From: Bacteroidota bacterium
GTDB taxonomy: Bacteria > Bacteroidota > Ignavibacteria > UBA10030 > UBA8401
Length of the DNA stretch: 64,000 nucleotides
Assembly (NCBI GenBank): GCA_021796215.1
Contig: JAJYOK010000006.1
Location: forward strand, 201 to 64,200
Direction of reading: 5' to 3'
The stretch's first letter is position 1. Each line of letters starts with the position of its first letter. The notes beneath the pieces were generated by a model. It saw only the letters and a program-made list of their open reading frames with translations. It did no database searches and was not told where the DNA came from. This document shows, piece after piece, positions 61,102 through 64,000 of this stretch. The translations under genes and the position numbers were made by a program.

Positions 61102-64000
61102 ATGAAAAGGCGTATCTCTTCTTTTGCATATTTCCGGCGTATTGGGTTGGCGTTTTTATTGCTTGGTGCTGCAGGTAATCCTCATCTTTTTTCTCAATCG
61201 CATCCCGTTCCAGGCGGGATAAAATTTAGCCATCTTTCAGTTGAATCTGGTTTATCACAGAACTCTGTTTATGTTGTGTATCAGGATCACGAAGGATTTA
61301 TGTGGTTCGGCACAGCCGACGGTTTGAACCGGTATGACGGTTACTCGTTTACTGTCTTCAAGCATCGTCAATCGGACACCACATCGCTCAGCAACAGCAC
61401 CATTCGTTCCATCTTTGAAGACAGCAAAGGAAATCTGTGGATAGGCACAGACAACGGTTTGAATCTATTTGACCGTTCCGCGGGAACATTTCAGAGATTC
61501 ATTCTGAAGAACGAAGATTCAACAAATGCAATCATAGGTGGAATAGGATGCGTGCACGAAGATAAAGCCGGGACACTTTTTTTCGGAAGCAACAGCCTGG
61601 TTGCATGCAATGTCAGCTCTTCCCCGCAAACCGCGTTACAACACTTTTATGTTTATGAAAATCGTGACACAAGCAGCACGATCATTTCTGCGCTTGGAGA
61701 GATCAACGATATTTTTGAAGATAAGGAGGAGCGGCTGTGGTTAGCGACAAGCAATGGATTATGGAGTGTAGACCGGGAGAAGAAAAATTTTCTTTTCTAC
61801 CCACTGTTCGAAAATACACACCGCCCGTTAAAACTTTCTGTGAATGCCATTGTTGAGTACGAACCCAACACACTATGGCTCGTCACAAATGATAATGAAC
61901 ACAAACTGGTAGAGTTTCATTTTCCATCGCACATAGTGCGTCAACGCAAACTCTCAGCTGGAATGCCGGCGCGGAGTTCCCCGGCTTCTTCTATTAAGAG
62001 CGATAACAATGGCAGCATATGGATTGGAACGTACGGAGAAGGCGTGTTTAAAGTTGTTCAAAAGACGGGAAAGGCAACACAATTTGTTCACGATGCAGGC
62101 AACAGCAATAGCCTTAGTTTTGATCTCATTAAAACCATCTTTATTGATCGGTCCGGAATACTATGGATTGGAACAGACGGCGGCGGCGTCAGCTTTGCCG
62201 ATCCTCATCGAAAACAATTTGTTCATTATGCTCACAATCCGTTTGACGCAAACAGCTTAAGCGGAAATTTTTTGAAAGCGGTTTATGAAGATCGTAAAGG
62301 CCGAATCTGGATTGGAGCAATTCACGGCGGACTGGATTGCCTTGATAGAAAAAGCGGCACGTGGAAACACTATCAACACGACTCCCGCAATCGAAACAGC
62401 ATCTCAAACGACAACGTGTTTTCCATCGTTGAAGACGATGCGGGCAGACTTTGGCTTGCAGAAGGAAATGGCATTGATAAATTCGATCCGGAGACAGAAC
62501 AATTCACACATTTCGCTTTGCCCCATTATCAGCACGCGACAAATTTTGACGATGTGCATGCACTCGCTTTTGATGGAGAAAAAAATCTGTGGATTTCTGC
62601 AACAAATGGTGTTTTTATAAAACATATTGGAACGGATCGCATCGCACACATTCCAAACCTGCCGGACGATTTGTGGACACTTCATTATTCGAGCGCCGGC
62701 ATAATGTGGGGCGGCAGCGCCGGCGGTGGACTTGTAAAGATTGATCCGCGTACATTTTCTGCGGTCAGATACCAGCCGAATTTTTCTTCACCTAATGCCT
62801 TGAGCAACGGAAATGTGCGAAGCATCTGGGAAGATTCAAGCGGGGCGTTGTGGCTCGGCACCGAAGAAGGCCTGAATTGTTTCAATCCGCGGCAGGAAAC
62901 CTTCACACACTATACAGAAAAAGACGGACTTATCAACGATTTCATTTATGGAATTCTGGGAGACGAGCACGGCAATCTTTGGATTAGCACAAACGGCGGC
63001 ATGTCCCGCTTCACGCCGCATGGCGCCACGGCGGGAAAACAATTCTGGAATTTTGATGTGAACGACGGATTGCAAGCGAACGAATTCAACACCGGCGCTT
63101 ATTGTAAAGGAAGCAACGGCGAAATGTTTTTCGGAGGTGTCAACGGGCTGACAACATTCTTTCCAGATTCAATTCGTCGTAATTCATACGTTCCACCCGT
63201 TGTTATCACAGAGATGAAGACGACAAGAGGAAATGTATTTCGCGAAGGGACTCTCGCAGCAAAAGGCGCCGTGATTTTAAACTATGATAATAATGATTTT
63301 ACGATTTCCTTTGTGGCGTTGAACTATACTCAGCCGGAGAAAAATCGTTATGCATATATGTTGGAAGGATTTGAAAAATTTTGGGTGAATGCAGGTACGG
63401 GCCGCGAGGCGCAGTTCACAAATATTGATCCGGGCGAGTACATATTTCGGGTAAAGGCATCGAACAATGATGGTGTGTGGAATAATACCGGCGCATCACT
63501 TCGGATTTACATAGTTCCGCCGTACTGGGCGACGTGGTGGTTTCGGCTTCTTGTGCTAATAGCAGCGATTGGTACGGTCGGCGGTGTGGTTCGGTACGTA
63601 ACTCTGCGGCGCGTCGAAAGAAAAATTCAGGAACTTCAGCATCAACAAGCGCTGGAATATGAACGTGCGCGCATTTCGCAGGACATGCACGACGAAGTCG
63701 GATCGAGCTTGACGCAGATTGCAATTTTGAGCGAGCTTGTGAAGCGCGATCTTCACCCTGCCGGCAATACTGAAAACGGTGCGAAAGGCGAAGCAGAGAA
63801 ACAGATCGAAAAAATATCTGAAACCGCCCGCAGCGTTGTTGACAGCATGAGTCAAATCATTTGGGCAATAGATCCAAAGAACGACAAGCTCGAAAATCTT
63901 ACTGCATACCTGCATGAATATTTAGCAGAATATTTTGAAATGGCCGGCCTCTCTGCACAGTTTAAACTCGGCGAGGCGATGCCGGCGCTTAAGCTTACTG
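61102..64000 (+). CDS. sensor histidine kinase: periplasmic Y_Y_Y-type beta-propeller repeats plus TM plus HisKA_3 dimerisation/phosphoacceptor domain (partial, C-terminus beyond window)
   Basis: Signal peptide. At least 12 repeats of the ...G-LWIGT--GL--F/YD type (two-component regulator propeller). TM WWFRLLVLIAAIGTVGGVV, then H-box ERARISQDMHDEVGSSLTQI (HisKA_3). Runs off the window end, so absent from the ORF track. Confidence 0.75.
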   Translation, partial: MKRRISSFAYFRRIGLAFLLLGAAGNPHLFSQSHPVPGGIKFSHLSVESGLSQNSVYVVYQDHEGFMWFGTADGLNRYDGYSFTVFKHRQSDTTSLSNSTIRSIFEDSKGNLWIGTDNGLNLFDRSAGTFQRFILKNEDSTNAIIGGIGCVHEDKAGTLFFGSNSLVACNVSSSPQTALQHFYVYENRDTSSTIISALGEINDIFEDKEERLWLATSNGLWSVDREKKNFLFYPLFENTHRPLKLSVNAIVEYEPNTLWLVTNDNEHKLVEFHFPSHIVRQRKLSAGMPARSSPASSIKSDNNGSIWIGTYGEGVFKVVQKTGKATQFVHDAGNSNSLSFDLIKTIFIDRSGILWIGTDGGGVSFADPHRKQFVHYAHNPFDANSLSGNFLKAVYEDRKGRIWIGAIHGGLDCLDRKSGTWKHYQHDSRNRNSISNDNVFSIVEDDAGRLWLAEGNGIDKFDPETEQFTHFALPHYQHATNFDDVHALAFDGEKNLWISATNGVFIKHIGTDRIAHIPNLPDDLWTLHYSSAGIMWGGSAGGGLVKIDPRTFSAVRYQPNFSSPNALSNGNVRSIWEDSSGALWLGTEEGLNCFNPRQETFTHYTEKDGLINDFIYGILGDEHGNLWISTNGGMSRFTPHGATAGKQFWNFDVNDGLQANEFNTGAYCKGSNGEMFFGGVNGLTTFFPDSIRRNSYVPPVVITEMKTTRGNVFREGTLAAKGAVILNYDNNDFTISFVALNYTQPEKNRYAYMLEGFEKFWVNAGTGREAQFTNIDPGEYIFRVKASNNDGVWNNTGASLRIYIVPPYWATWWFRLLVLIAAIGTVGGVVRYVTLRRVERKIQELQHQQALEYERARISQDMHDEVGSSLTQIAILSELVKRDLHPAGNTENGAKGEAEKQIEKISETARSVVDSMSQIIWAIDPKNDKLENLTAYLHEYLAEYFEMAGLSAQFKLGEAMPALKLT

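Overview
This 64 kb window covers the chromosomal replication-origin neighbourhood of a bacterium, with a mid GC content (about 50% by eye, not counted). Gene density is high and most genes are on the minus strand. The order rpmH-rnpA-yidD-yidC (plus) and dnaA-dnaN-recF-DUF721-gyrB-[GT2]-gyrA (minus) flanks two intergenic regions rich in DnaA-box-like motifs. These two regions look like a bipartite oriC. Shine-Dalgarno sites are clearly used (e.g. AAGGAG before dnaN, GGAGG before the 60813 gene), and one S8 peptidase carries a C-terminal domain (CTD) of the type sorted by the type IX secretion system (T9SS). Together these suggest a Fibrobacteres-Chlorobi-Bacteroidetes (FCB) group organism outside the SD-less Bacteroidia, possibly Ignavibacteriae-like; this is inference only. 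The remainder is mostly envelope and housekeeping genes. There are two split tripartite ABC efflux systems of the MacAB/FtsX type and one RND efflux operon with an outer-membrane TolC gene. There is also a mlaFED operon, a MoxR AAA+ ATPase cluster containing a T9SS-exported subtilase and a BatA-like vWA membrane protein, uppP, a dedA-family gene, a VKOR homologue, a Ctp peptidase, a Y-family polymerase and a GH144-like glycosidase. I could not recognise any transposase or integrase, CRISPR array, tRNA or rRNA. The most unusual items are a lysine/alanine/proline-rich basic tail on GyrA, a GT2 gene wedged between gyrB and gyrA, and an uncharacterised envelope protein pair co-oriented after gyrA. 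The MoxR cluster is non-canonical, and a TATAAC-loop palindrome occurs twice. No clearly novel defence or mobile system is evident, and all functional calls are homology-by-eye without database searches.
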